A stretch of 64,000 bases of DNA from Macrostomum lignano (lineage: Eukaryota), in the NCBI GenBank assembly GCA_002269645.1, contig NIVC01002677.1, forward strand, positions 62,001 through 126,000, given 5' to 3'. A program made the position numbers and the translations under genes. Shown here one piece after another: positions 47,701 to 60,749 of the stretch. Under the pieces are notes generated by a model that was not told where the DNA came from, searched no databases, and saw nothing but the letters and a program-made list of their open reading frames with translations. Every line of letters begins with the position of its first letter. Positions within the stretch are counted from its first letter, which is position 1.

Positions 47701-49602
47701 GAGACACTAAGAATCTCACAAAGAGATAATGAGAGTCTCCAGAGTCGACAGTTTTAATCTCTAAGCTAGAAGAGTGAGATCTCAGGGTGAGACACTGAGA
47801 ATCTAGCCCCCATCACTCGCAGGATCTGGTGTTCGGCATCCTGCTGAGCGGCACCAAGCTGGTGAGCCTGGTGCACATGAAGCGGCAGTACCTGCACCCG
47901 TTAGACATGCATTTGATTATCAATTTGATTAACTGCACCGAGTCCTTCAAGACCAGTCAGGCCTGGACTCCGATTTGTCTGCCGAAGTTCGACGCCAGCG
48001 GCAACCTGTACGCCTACGTGTGCTTTCTGGACGAGGAGCTCTGCTTGGTGCTGCTCACTGTCGACGGCAACAGCTTTGACGCTTTGGCCGAGGCCAAGAA
48101 TAAAATACTTGAGGTAGGTACACTTCGGTTGGGCTTAGTCAATGGGATCTGTGCATTACTTGGGATGTTTTAGTCCATGGGATCAGTGCAATCAGTGGGG
48201 AGTTTTAGTCAATGGGGTCTGTACAATCAGTGGGGAAGTTTTAGTCCATGGGGTCTGTGCAATCAGCGGGGCAGTTTTAGTCAATGGGATCTGTGCTATC
48301 TGTGGGGAAGTTTTAGTCAATGGGATCAGTGAAATCAGCGGGGCAGTTTTAGTCAATGGGATCTGTGCAATCAGTGGGGAAGTTTTAGTCAATGGGATCT
48401 GTGCAATCAGTGGGGAAGTTTTAGTCCATGGGATCAGTGCAATCAGCGGGGCAGTTTTAGTCAATGGGATCTGTGCAATCAGTGGGGAAGTTTTAGTCAA
48501 TGGGATCTGTGCAATCAGTGGGGAAGTTTTAGTCAATGGGATCTGTGCAATCAGTGGGGAAGTTTTAGTCCATGGGATCAGTGCAATCAGCGGGGCAGTT
48601 TTAGTCAATGGGATCTGTGCTATCTGTGGGGAAGTTTTAGTCAATGGGATCTGTGCAATCAGTGGGGAAGTTTTAGTCAATGGGATCTGTGCTATCTGTG
48701 GGGATTTTTTTGTCAATGGGATCTGTGCAAGACCAATCGGATTAAACTTTGAATTGGAAACTGCTAAATTAGTCGTTAAAGTTTCCAACCTACTAACAGT
48801 ACTAACAGTAGTGTTTTGGCTTGTCAGTAGCAAATTTTATTTCACTCCTTCGCACGCAGAAGCTGCAGAAGGCCAATTGTCTGGCCCAGATTCGCGAGAG
48901 CGCCGTTGCCGGCCAGTGGACCCTGGCGCAGACTGGGGCGGAGGAGGTGCGCCATTTCGTGTACAAAATCAAGCTGGCTGGCCAGTACTTCTCGCCGCAG
49001 ATGGGCGACCCGTTTGGCCAGCCTGAGGACCAGCAGCGCGTCATGGCGCTTTACCAGCGGATGCACGCCCTGCTGCATCGGCGGACCAGGCCGCTTAAGC
49101 TGGTGTATCACACCAACCAGCTGGCATCCGTGATGGGCTGGGTGAGCCTGTTTGACATCTCACTAACAAATAATACACTTCTGACATCCCGCTGACAGAT
49201 ACCCCTGACATCCTGCTGTCAGATACCCCTGACAACCCTTTTACAGGTACTCCTGACATCCCTCTGACATACTCCTGACATCCCTCTGACATACTCCTGA
49301 CATCCTGCTCACAGATTCCCCTGACATCCCGCTGACATACCCCTGACAACCCGCTGTCAGATACCCCTGACATCACGCTGACATCCCGCTGACAGATTCC
49401 CATAGCAGCTGATGGCGGCACTCCGCTAAGCACTCAACATCCCATCAATTCTCGTTGCCAGATCACCGAAGAGTTCGAGCTGTACGCAGCCTTCAGCCCG
49501 CTGGCCAGCAAGCGGTCGGCCATCCAGTCGGTGAACCGGGTGCTTAAATGGCTTGGCAGGGAGCGGGACCGTCTCTTCTGCTTGTCATCTCCGTCTTTCT
49601 GA
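44762..49602 (+). CDS. MON1: Vacuolar fusion protein MON1 (Rab7 GEF subunit, SAND family); exons 44762-45858, 47823-48113, 48860-49141, 49462-49602; 5' end uncertain (candidate first exon 41128-41164, or internal ATG 44839)
   Basis: HVFVMSRSGKPIFSRHG, NYDLRHLL, LHPLDMHLIINL, WTPICLPKFD and FELYAAFSPL...WLGRERDRLF are MON1 longin-domain motifs. GT-AG junctions are in consistent phase. Confidence 0.95.
45905..46085 (-). mobile_element. tRNA-derived CORE-type SINE, copy 1 (3'-truncated), in a MON1 intron
   Basis: The minus strand has A box TAGCCCAGTGG and B box GGTTCGATTCC, followed by TGTGTCCTTAAGCAAG..CACTTAAC..GCTTCAGT, which resembles the MIR/CORE central domain. Confidence 0.7.
47195..47805. 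repeat. ~22-bp minisatellite (GAGAATCTCAGGGTGAGACAAG-type) in a MON1 intron
   Basis: Directly visible. Confidence 0.88.
48135..48730. repeat. 36-bp minisatellite (TTAGTCAATGGGATCTGTGCAATCAGTGGGGAAGTT) in a MON1 intron
   Basis: Directly visible. Confidence 0.95.
49180..49400. repeat. CTGACATCCC-type short repeat in the last MON1 intron
   Basis: Directly visible. Confidence 0.85.
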
Positions 49603-50114
49603 TCTCATCTGGTCCGATGCCTTGGCTGTACCGCCGAAATTCAGGGCTAGAAAGAATTTCAGTTATTGCTGCTATTAGTTATTTATGATAGTAAGATCTT
49701 TTTTAATTGAGTTTTTAGATGTCTGTGTACCCTATTTATGTAATTCTGTGTGTGGCGTTGATTTAAAAGGTTATTCTTCTGTTTATTAATGAGAAAAAAT
49801 GTCAGATATTCCGTTTGTAATTTCCATGCTTTCAATGGCGTTACGAGCGTAATGGGATAATTTCTTGTGGTGCGGTGCCTCTGATTAAATTATTGGCATT
49901 GTAAATATAATTGACATAATTATGCCGAAGTCACACCACCACCAATGCTACATTCTGTATGAGGCTGGAATGGGGTGTGACCGTAGACTATTTTATTCCT
50001 GAACGAATCAAAAAGATAATAAAAAATTAGGGGGCACTAAATACTTGAAAATGATTTTTCGCTTGTTGTTTATGGTAATTAACTGAATATTTCCTATTTG
50101 CTGGCCAAGGGTAG

Positions 50115-50445
50115 TGAAGTCGGGTGGGGGGGGGGGGTTTGCCGGGGTAGTAAAGTGGAGGGTAGGAAAGGGGGGTTGGCCGGGCAGTAAAGTGGGGGTT
50201 GGCTGGGGTAGAAAGTGGAGAGGGGTTGGCCGGTGTAGGAAAGGGGGTTGGCCGGGGTAGTAAAGTTGAGAGTAGGAAAGGGGGGTTGGCCTTGGTATGA
50301 AAAGGGGGTTGGCCGGGGGATTGGCCGGGGTAGGAAAGTGGGGGATTGGCCGGGGTAGGAAAATGCGGGGGTTGGCTGGGGTAGGAAAGGGGTGTTATAC
50401 GGGGTAATAAAGTGGGGGGTTTGGCCGGGGTAGTAAAAAGTTATC
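50115..50445. repeat. G-rich minisatellite (GGGGTTGGCCGGGGTAGGAAA), block 1
   Basis: Directly visible. Confidence 0.88.
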
Positions 50446-51554
50446 AAATTCTTTTAAAGCACAATAAAGTTATGCCAAATTGTGTGACAAGGTGCTCTGA
50501 AAATTGCCAAGCAGCCATTAGCAACAAAACACGATCCAATAAATTTATCTGACAAAATGCTCGCAGCCTATTACGTTTTGCAGTAGTGCCATGAGCATAG
50601 TTACATCAAGTGCATTAATTCAATGCTGAGTGGCTCTGTTGATATCTAGTTATGCATATAATCTTTATAATTCCAAAAAGATATAATGAAATACTCACCT
50701 GCATACTCCTCAATATTTGCCAAATAGTGTCACTTCAGCTAGTAGTTAACAACCTGACTTAATAACTTGTGTATTTTATTGCAATTTCCACCAAGTTAGT
50801 AAAGCAATGGTTACGGTACATATTATATGCATAATTCATCTGTTTTGGCGGCCTTTCAACCTGTGATTAAACTGTAATTATGCTTACAGATTTAGTCATT
50901 ACGAACATGCATGTGTTTACTTAGTTTTTGTTTTCGTAATGACTTCTGTTAGTTATACAATTGTGCTTTTTCTTCTATAAAAATCTTCCTCTCAACATGG
51001 ATATACAGACTACAGTCAGTGTACAGGGATTGCTAAAATTGTGCCTTAGTTTAATATAATTTCGATACATATCGGTAGCTAGCAAATTATTGAAAAATTC
51101 AGAAAAATTTAGCAGGTTAAATTAAACCAATCTATCTAATGATTTATAATCTTGGATTTTACACAGGTAAAGTTTCTTTTAAGCAATTCCTAGCTCGGAT
51201 GGCCTGTGCTACTACTGATTTAATAAGTAGTAGAGCTACTTGTGTTATCTTTTTTCCTATCATAATTATACCTAACCTTGTCAGGCCTGGTCTATTTCTA
51301 GTTCCCAGAGTGCTTACCGAAAAATTCCCATACTCTATCTGGATTATTAAATCAGTTGTGCTGGCTCCCGTGAGCGCATGTAAGATTCCAACACTTATCT
51401 GACAATAAATGACAACTGAATGCCAATTTGATTCATTTTCGGAAAGTTGCGTGTTTAGCACAGGAAGAATGCAAATATAAAAAAATTTTAGTAGTGTATC
51501 TTGGTTTACCTGTTCTTTGGGCTGATTGTGGGGTTTTACTGGAAATTTTTGGGA

Positions 51555-52160
51555 AAAGTGGGGGTTTGGGTCAGGTTGGGAAAGTTTGGGGGGTTGGCCA
51601 GGGTATGAAAGTGGTGGGTTTACCAGGGTAAGAAAGTGTGGGGGTTGGCCGGAGTAAAAAAGTGTGGGGGTTCGGCCGGGATAAGAAAAGGTGGGGGGTC
51701 GGCCGGGGTAATAAAATGAGGGGGGTCGGCTGGGGTAATAAAATGGGGGGTTGGCCGGGGTAATAAAATGGGGGGTCGGCCGGGGTAAGAAAATGAGGGG
51801 GTCGGCCGGGATAATAAAATGGGGAGTTGGCCGGGGTAATAAAATGGGGGGTTTGGGTCAGGTTGGGAAAGTTTGGGGGTTGGCCAGGGTATGAAAGTGG
51901 TGGGTTGGCCGGGGTAAAAAAGTGTGGGGGTTCGGCCGGGGTAAGAAAATGTGGGGGTCGGCCGAGGTAATAAAATGGGGGGTCGGCCGGGGTAAGAAAA
52001 TGAGGGGGGGGTCGGCCGGGGTAATAAAATGGGGGGTTGGCCGGGGTAAGAAAATGGGGGGTCGGCCGGGGTAAGAAAATGTGGGGGTCGGCCGAGGTAA
52101 TAAAATGAGGGGGGTCGGCCGGGGTAATAAAATGGGAGTTGGCCTGGGTAAGAAAGTGAA
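51555..52160. repeat. G-rich minisatellite (GGGGTCGGCCGGGGTAATAAAAT), block 2 of the same family
   Basis: Directly visible. Confidence 0.88.
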
Positions 52161-53077
52161 TTGGTGGTTGGTCGGGGTAAGAAATGGGATTTGCGGAGAA
52201 AAAATAATGCTCTTATCAGATGGATTAAGTATGAGTATCATAATTCTCGGCCACACCATGTGAGATTTATGCTCATTTCTTCATTCCCGAATTTTATGCA
52301 ACCCACAAGTGAGTTAAAGCAGCTAGACGAGTTCCTAAGCAGCTGGGTCGCGTATGACTCTGGGCCATTCTCAATCATGCACAGTTCAATTTATCATGTC
52401 AGTGTAGTTAGTAGTCATGCAATTTTTTGTTCCTTGTTAAAATTCCACGCATCGCTGGAAAAGGCTCGTTTAATTGGCAAAATAGAGAGAGAAAGAGACC
52501 GCCGAGTGGGAAGGGAAAACAAGATGAAGGCCAGTTATGTTGAGAGGCCTCAAAATGCTCCTAGCTATACCGCGGTTGTTCGTGCGCATCCATATTGATG
52601 ACATAGACAAGCAGCTATGGGAATTACTATGAAATTTTGGGGCTGAGCTCCCCCCGCCTGTCAGAGGGGAGTTGCGTGACTTGCTGGCTCAGATTTTTGA
52701 CCGTTTTCTTCACTAAGAGTAGATTTCGGAAAAGCCTCCATTGCTCTCTGAATTGGCGATTCTCCTGCTTCGCGTGTCGCCCCGGTCCCGTGCTTCGCTC
52801 TTACCTGTCATCTGCCGCTGTGACGTGCGATCCTTCGAATCTTGACTCAGCGAAAGCAGGGCATCAGTTCTCGTAATTGTGTTCCTGCATTGCTTGTCTT
52901 GCGGTTGTACGAGCGTAAAATGACAAACAATGCGTTATTAGCAATCTCGGGTGCGCGATCATCACTGCCTGGTCTGAAGCTCACAAAAAAGTACTTCGAT
53001 CGTTTTCCTCAGAAGAGTATACGAAACTTTGAACTAACTTGTTTTAGTGTGTAGTCGCTGCCTTACATCTTTAGGTA

Positions 53078-53345
53078 AGCACTGCGTCATCCTTCAGTAA
53101 TCACTGCGTCATCCTTCAGTAATCACTGCATCATCCTCAAGTAAGCACTGCGCCATCCTTCAGTAATCACTGCATCATTCTCAAGTAAGCACTGCGTCAT
53201 CCTTCAGTAATCACTGCATCATCCTCAAGTAAGCACTGCGTCATCCTTCAGTAAGAATTGAGTCATCCTTCAGTAAGCACTGCGTCATCATCCAGTAAGC
53301 AATGCATCATCCTTCAGTTAAGCGCCTCAAGTAAGCGTCTGTAAG
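53078..53345. repeat. 22-bp minisatellite (CAGTAAGCACTGCGTCATCCTT)
   Basis: Directly visible. Confidence 0.9.
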
Positions 53346-54787
53346 CGCGTCAGTAAGTTTTAGTCAGTTCTATTCGAGTATGCACTTCGTCATGCTTAAT
53401 TATGTCAAGAATACAGGTAAGAAATGTACTTCAACACGATATTATCGCTGAAGACGTTTCGCCCCAGGGGTTTATCCACAGCCACAGTACCTGTAACTGA
53501 CGGCTCGGCGCATTTTTGTCTTCAATATCGAGCGGAAAATTATCTTATTACAGCCTATAGCTGTTGGGGGGGGGTCTACAAGACAACACTTTCACTTGAT
53601 CCTCCTCCTCCTCCTTGGTGTGGCCGCATCTGTGAGCTGAGGCGGCTGGCTGGGTCTTGGCTGATCCGCATACCAGCAGCATCAATACCTCATCTCTCCC
53701 GTGTCTGTTTCTGCTTTGCTTTGCCTCTCTAATTAAGCATCAGCCGCCGGGGTCTGCTATACCTTATCCCTTGGCTCTGGGCATGCCGTGTTTACTTTGC
53801 AGTAAATCTCTGTTCCTTTTCTCATTCCCTATATGAGGATTATAGAGAATTCCGCTGGCTCCTAAATCTTCGCATTTCAACTTGATCGGCACGGCTAATA
53901 CGCATGCCCCATCTGCGGGGATTAGCTTTTATTGCACTCAATGCTGTGCAATTCCAGCAGTACCTAATTACTCTTTCGTAATAAAAACTGTTTGTCTAAT
54001 GCTAGATCCCGAATGAGAACTGGATCCCGGTCTTTCGGGTGTCGAATTCCGCTGCTTGAGAGGGCAGCTGGTCACACCCACAAGCTGGGCACTCTGCTTC
54101 AAGTCGCGTTCATTAGCGAACCTCTCAAAAGTACTTCGATTGGGGATCGGGCTAAATGAAAACGAAAATCCTTGAGGATCCGAACGGATTATCTTATTCG
54201 ATTTTCAAGTTGCCGCGCAAATGTCAAGACTGCACCGGCAGAGGCAGATAAACAACGAGGAAGTGACTTGCGGACACCCGACTGACTGACTGGCTTTGGA
54301 CTGCTTCAGCTTGACAGGGGCCGTCACAGCGGATTTGCCGATGCACACTCGAGTGTTGCGTCGAAGGCTTAGGCGAGTAATTATGAATACACAATTCTGA
54401 AGACTGCGGCGGCTGCAGGGGATGACTTGGTATGAGGTTGCGCCTGTGGTTGATTTCCGGTCAGCATCCATCATCACCAACGCTATGCATGCAACGGTGG
54501 AAATTTTTCTGCTGTTTGTGAATTTTTTCTTAGAGCAGAATATTTTTCCACCAGCTGTCCAAGCTTCAATGTAGAAAAGTTTCCTTTATCCCATGAAGGC
54601 CAACCCCCGAGGCACAGAGGGTGCAAATGCCTGACGACTAGAAAGTCAGGGCCGCTGTACACCCTGTGTGAGCTGTGCATGAGTCCTCAGCGACATGGCC
54701 CCACAGCCAGCGCTGGCGGCAATTTCCGCCCATTCCGTTGACTCCTGAGTACATGCAAGCGCGTCAATACTGTGCGCAGGCACCACT

Positions 54788-57700
54788 CAGTCTGTAAACT
54801 GTCACTAGCACAGTCTGTAAACTGTTCGCTAGCACAGTCTGTAAACTGTCACTAGCACAGTCTGTAAACTGTCACTAGCACAGTCTGTAAACTGTCGCTA
54901 GCACAGTCTGTAAACTGTCACTAGCACAGTCTGTAAACTGTCACTAGCACAGTCTGTAAACTGTCACTAGCACAGTCTGAAAAAACTGTCACTAGCACAG
55001 TCTGTAAACTGTCACTAGCACAGTCTGTAAACTGTCACTAGCACAGTCTGTAAACTGTCGCTAGCACAGTCTGTAAACTGTCACTAGCACAGTCTGTAAA
55101 CTGTCACTAGCACAGTCTGTAAACTGTCACTAGCACAGTCTGTAAACTGTTGCTAGCATAGTCTGTCACTAGCACAGTCTGTAAACTGTCACTAATGCAG
55201 TCTGTAAACTGTCACTAGCACAGTCTGTAAACTGTTGCTAGCATAGTCTGTCACTAGCACAGTCTGTAAACTGTCACTAGCACAGTCTGTAAACTGTTGC
55301 TAGCATAGTCTGTCACTAGCACAGTCTGTAAACTGTCACTAGCACAATCTGTACACTGTCGCTAGCACAGTCTGTAAACTGTCGCTAGCACAGTCTGTAA
55401 ACTGTTGCTAGCATAGTCTGTCACTAGCACAGTCTGTAAACTGTCACTAGCACAGTCTGTAAACTGTTGCTAGCATAGTCTGTCACTAGCACAGTCTGTA
55501 AACTGTCACTAGCACAGTCTGTAAACTGTTCGCTAGCACAGTCTGTAAACTGTCACTAGCACAATCTGTCACTAGCACAGTCTGTAAACTGTCGCTAGCA
55601 CAGTCTGTAAACTGTTGCTAGCATAGTCTGTCACTAGCACAGTCTGGAAACTGTCACTAGCACAGTCTGTAAACTGTTCGCTAGCACAGTCTGTAAACTG
55701 TCGCTAGCACAATCTGTCACTAGCACAGTCTGTAAACTGTTGCTAGCATAGTCTGTCACTAGCACAGTCTGTAAACTGTCACTAGCACAGTCTGTAAACT
55801 GTCACTAGCACAGTCTGTAAACTGTTGCTAGCATAGTCTGTCACTAGCACAGTCTGTAAACTGTCACTAATGCAGTCTGTAAACTGTCACTAGCACAGTC
55901 TGTAAACTGTTGCTAGCATAGTCTGTCACTAGCACAGTCTGTAAACTGTCACTAGCACAGTCTGTAAACTTTTGCTAGCATAGTCTGTCACTAGCACAGT
56001 CTGTAAACTGTCACTAGCACAATCTGTACACTGTCGCTAGCACAGTCTGTAAACTGTCGCTAGCACAGTCTGTAAACTGTCACTAGCACAGTCTGTAAAC
56101 TGTTGCTAGCATAGTCTGTCACTAGCACAGTCTGTAAACTGTCACTAGCACAGTCTGTAAACTTTTGCTAGCATAGTCTGTCACTAGCACAGTCTGTAAA
56201 CTGTCACTAGCACAATCTGTACACTGTCGCTAGCACAGTCTGTAAACTGTCGCTAGCACAGTCTGTAAACTGTCGCTAGCACAGTCTGTAAACTGTCACT
56301 AGCACAGTCTGTAAACTGTTGCTAGCATAGTCTGTCACTAGCACAGTCTGTAAACTGTCACTAGCACAGTCTGTAAACTGTTCGCTAGCACAGTCTGTAA
56401 ACTGTCACTAGCACAATCTGTCACTAGCACAGTCTGTAAACTGTCGCTAGCACAGTCTGTAAACTGTCACTAGCACAATCTGTCACTAGCACAGTCTGTA
56501 AACTGTCGCTAGCACAATCTGTCACTAGCACAGTCTGTAAACTGTAGCTAGCACAATCTGTCACTAGCACAGTCTGTAAACTGTCGCTAGCACAATCTGT
56601 CACTAGCACAGTCTGTAAACTGTTCGCTAGCACAGTCTGTAAACTGTCACTAGCACAATCTGTCACTAGCACAGTCTGTAAACTGTCGCTAGCACAGTCT
56701 GTAAACTGTCACTAGCACAATCTGTCTCTAGCACAGTCTGTAAACTGTCACTAGCACAGTCTGCAAACTGTTGCTAGCATAGTCTGTCACTAGCACAGTC
56801 TGTAAACTGTCACTAATGCAGTCTGTAAACTGTCACTAGCACAGTCTGTAAACTGTCACTAGCACAGTCTGTAAACTGTTGCTAGCATAGTCTGTCACTA
56901 GCACAGTCTGTAAACTGTCACTAATGCAGTCTGTAAACTGTCACTAGCACAGTCTGTAAACTGTTGCTAGCATAGTCTGTCACTAGCACAGTCTGTAAAC
57001 GGTCACTAGCACAGTCTGTAAACTGTTGCTAGCATAGTCTGTCACTAGCACAGTCTGTAAACTGTTGCTAGCATAGTTTGTCACTAGCACAGTCTGTAAA
57101 CTGTCACTAGCACAGTCTGTAAACTGTTCGCTAGCACAGTCTGTAAACTGTCACTAGCACAGTCTGTAAACTGTTCGCTAGCACAGTCTGTAAACTGTCA
57201 CTAGCACAATCTGTCACTAGCACAGTCTGTAAACTGTCGCTAGCACAGTCTGTAAACTGTCACTAGCACAGTCTGTAAACTGTTGCTAGCATAGTCTGTC
57301 ACTAGCACAGTCTGTAAACTGTCACTAGCACAGTCTGTAAACTGTTCGCTAGCACAGTCTGTAAACTGTCGCTAGCACAATCTGTCACTAGCACAGTCTG
57401 TAAACTGTTGCTAGCATAGTCTGTCACTAGCACAGTCTGTAAACTGTCACTAGCACAGTCTGTAAACTGTCACTAGCACAGTCTGTAAACTGTTGCTAGC
57501 ATAGTCTGTCACTAGCACAGTCTGTAAACTGTCACTAGCACAGTCTGTAAACTGTTGCTAGCATAGTCTGTCACTAGCACAGTCTGTAAACTGTCACTAG
57601 CACAATCTGTACACTGTCGCTAGCACAGTCTGTAAACTGTCGCTAGCACAGTCTGTAAACTGTCACTAGCACAGTCTGTAAACTGTTGCTAGCATAGTCT

Positions 57701-58127
57701 GTCACTAGCACAGTCTGTAAACTGTTCGCTAGCACAGTCTGTAAACTGTCACTAGCACAATCTGTCACTAGCACAGTCTCTAAACTGTCGCTAGCACAAT
57801 CTGTCACTAGCACAGTCTGTAAACTGTCGCTAGCACAATCTGTCACTAGCACAGTCTGTAAACTGTCGCTAGCACAGTCTGTAAACTGTCACTAGCACAA
57901 TCTGTCACTAGCACAGTCTGTAAACTGTCGCTAGCACAATCTGTCACTAGCACAGTCTGTAAACTGTCGCTAGCACAATCTGTCACTAGCACAGTCTGTA
58001 AACTGTCGCTAGCACAATCTGTCACTAGCACAGTCTGTAAACTGGCACTGGCACAGTCTGTGTCATTAGAGCAGTCTGTGTCATTAGCGTAGTCTGTAAA
58101 CTGTAATTAGCGCAGTCTTTAAACTGT
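54788..58127 (+). repeat. 23-bp satellite array (CAGTCTGTAAACTGTCACTAGCA) with a 16-bp deletion variant; left arm
   Basis: 3.3 kb of tandem units. Confidence 0.97.
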
Positions 58128-58593
58128 TTTCATTGCAGTGCTACTAAAATGAAAGCTTTTAATACTCGTAAGCCAAAAATGGCCGAAAATTCATTCTACT
58201 AAGGTATTGAATACGCGTACTTCAACAGTATCCGGCATATTTATGCTCAGCATAAATAAATTCCAAGCATTCTTAGAAAGGAATTAATTTTTCTAATTGG
58301 AATTTTTCAATTTTCTGAAGAGATTAGACAGCAGTGAAGGAGCGACTATATATAAGACTACAGTTAAATGCTATGCTAACTATATGGAAAATAATTGAAA
58401 GCTACTCAAAACTGAGCTCTTTGAGTGCGGCTCTCCAGCTGGGAGTCGTCAGCGTCAAAATAGCGGAGGCAAAGCTCAGCTGTCAGTGTTGGCTTTGAGT
58501 CTTCTATTGTTGGCTGTGGACTGCGGTGTGCTCACGATTTCTGAGAAATCTATCATCATATGCAGGGAAATCATTTCCTTTGGGATTGTTTTG

Positions 58594-59738
58594 GACTGCG
58601 CTAGTGACAGATTGTGCTAGCGACAGTTTACAGACTGCATTAGTGACAGTTTACAGACTGCGCTAGTGACAGTTTACAGACTGTGCTAAGTGACAGATTG
58701 TGCTAGCGACAGTTTACAGACTGTGCTAGTGACAGATTGTGCTAGCGACAGTTTACAGACTGCATTAGTGATAGTTTACAGACTGTGCTAGTGACAGATT
58801 GTGCTAGCGACAGTTTACAGACTGCATTAGTGACAGTTTACAGACTGCGCTAGTGACAGTTTACAGACTGTGCTAAGTGACAGATTGTGCTAGCGACAGT
58901 TTACAGACTGTGCTAGTGACAGATTGTGCTAGCGACAGTTTACAGACTGCATTAGTGATAGTTTACAGACTGTGCTAGTGACAGATTGTGCTAGCGACAG
59001 TTTACAGACTGCATTAGTGATAGTTTACAGACTGTGCTAGTGACAGTTTACAGACTGCATTAGTGACAGTTTACAGACTGTGCTAGCGACAGTTTACAGA
59101 CTGCATTAGTGACAGTTTACAGACTGCATTAGTGATAGTTTACAGACTGTGCTAGTGACAGTTTACAGACTGCATTAGTGATAGTTTACAGACTGTGCTA
59201 GTGACAGTTTACAGACTGCATTAGTGACAGTTTACAGACTGCATTAGTGACAGTTTACACACTGTGCTAGTGACAGTTTACAGACTGTGCTAGCGACAGT
59301 TTACAGACTGCATTAGTGACAGTTTACAGACTGTGCTAGTGACAGTTTACAGACTGCATTAGTGATAGTTTACAGACTGTGCTAGTGACAGTTTACAGAC
59401 TGCATTAGTGACAGTTTACAGACTGCATTAGTGACAGTTTACACACTGTGCTAGTGACAGTTTACAGACTGTGCTAGCGACAGTTTACAGACTGCATTAG
59501 TGACAGTTTACAGACTGCGCTAGCGACAGTTTACAGACTGCATTAGTGACAGTTTACAGACTGTGCTAGCGACAGTTTAGAGACTGCATTAGCGACAGTT
59601 TACAGACTGCATTAGTGACAGTTTACAGACTGCGCTAGGGACAGTTTACAGACTGCATTCGTGACAGATTACAGACTGTGCTAGTGACAGTTTACAGACT
59701 GTGCTAGTGACAGCTTACAGACTGCGCTAGCGACAGTT
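58594..59738 (-). repeat. The same 23-bp satellite in inverted orientation; right arm
   Basis: The unit TAGTGACAGTTTACAGACTGTGC is the reverse complement of the left-arm unit. Confidence 0.96.
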
Positions 59739-60091
59739 GCTTGCAGCACTCGAAGTCAATGAAAGCATGTCATTTATAGACTCAGAAATCAACGAATTCC
59801 GACTACTTGTCTTGTGGGCAGATCCTCAGCTCTCGTGAATGCCTCACTGACTTCTCCTGATTGCAGTCAAACTTCTTAGCTTTCATGGATTGCTCCTTGA
59901 GCCCTGGAGTCTGTCAAATACCATTTTCCGATCCAGGACAGTCTTAAAAACGTTTTTGAACAGCTATTTGTTGACTTTGTTGGCAGGTTCTCTTTAAAAA
60001 AGATTTTTTAAGACCATTTTTCAATTCGACAAGGAAAATTTTTTTAACTCAGAAGCAATTTTTCCTAGAAGTGACGGCATGGCTATTTTTT

Positions 60092-60570
60092 CGGCGTCAT
60101 TGTAACACCCTGTTGGCGTCATTGTAACACCCTGTTGGCGTCACTGCAACACCCTGTTGGCGTCATTGTAACACCCTGTTGGCGTCATTGTAACACCCTG
60201 TTGGCGTCATTGTAATTGTAACACCCTGTCGGCGTCACTGTAACACCCTGTTGGCGTCATTGTAATTGTAACACCCTGTCGGCGTCGTTGTAACACACCC
60301 TGTCGGCGTCATTGTAATTGTAACACCCTGTCGGCGTCACTGTAACACCCTGTTGGCGTCATTGTAATTGTAACACCCTGTCGGCGTCATTGTAACACAC
60401 CCTGTCGGCGTCACTGTAACACCCTGTCGGCGTCACTGTAACACCCTGTTGGCGTCATTGTAATTGTAACACCCTGTCGGCGTTATTGTAACACCCTGTC
60501 GGCGTCACTGTAACACCCTGTCGGCGTTATTGTAACACCCTGTCGGCGTCACTGTAACACCCTTTTGGCG
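60092..60570. repeat. 22-bp minisatellite (GGCGTCATTGTAACACCCTGTT/C)
   Basis: Directly visible. Confidence 0.93.
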
Positions 60571-60749
60571 CCAATATTATGGCACTGTTTTGGCACCACT
60601 GTTGCACTTTTCTGGGCGCCACTGGTTCCTTATTTTTGCTGCCATCCTACAAGTACATTGTGAGGTTAGGGTTTTGTTTCTTCAGTAGAAACAGTTCCCA
60701 GCCTTTAAATAAGCGGCTGCTCGGCAGCGGTGGCTTCTGGTTGAGCTAC

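Noticed and set aside
48142-49026. 294-aa repeat protein, and the 213-aa antisense ORF
   Set aside because: A 36-bp intronic minisatellite; the 3' part overlaps a real MON1 exon in another frame.
58128-58593. Transposase or other gene in the spacer of the inverted satellite
   Set aside because: No ORF over about 45 codons and no recognisable motif.
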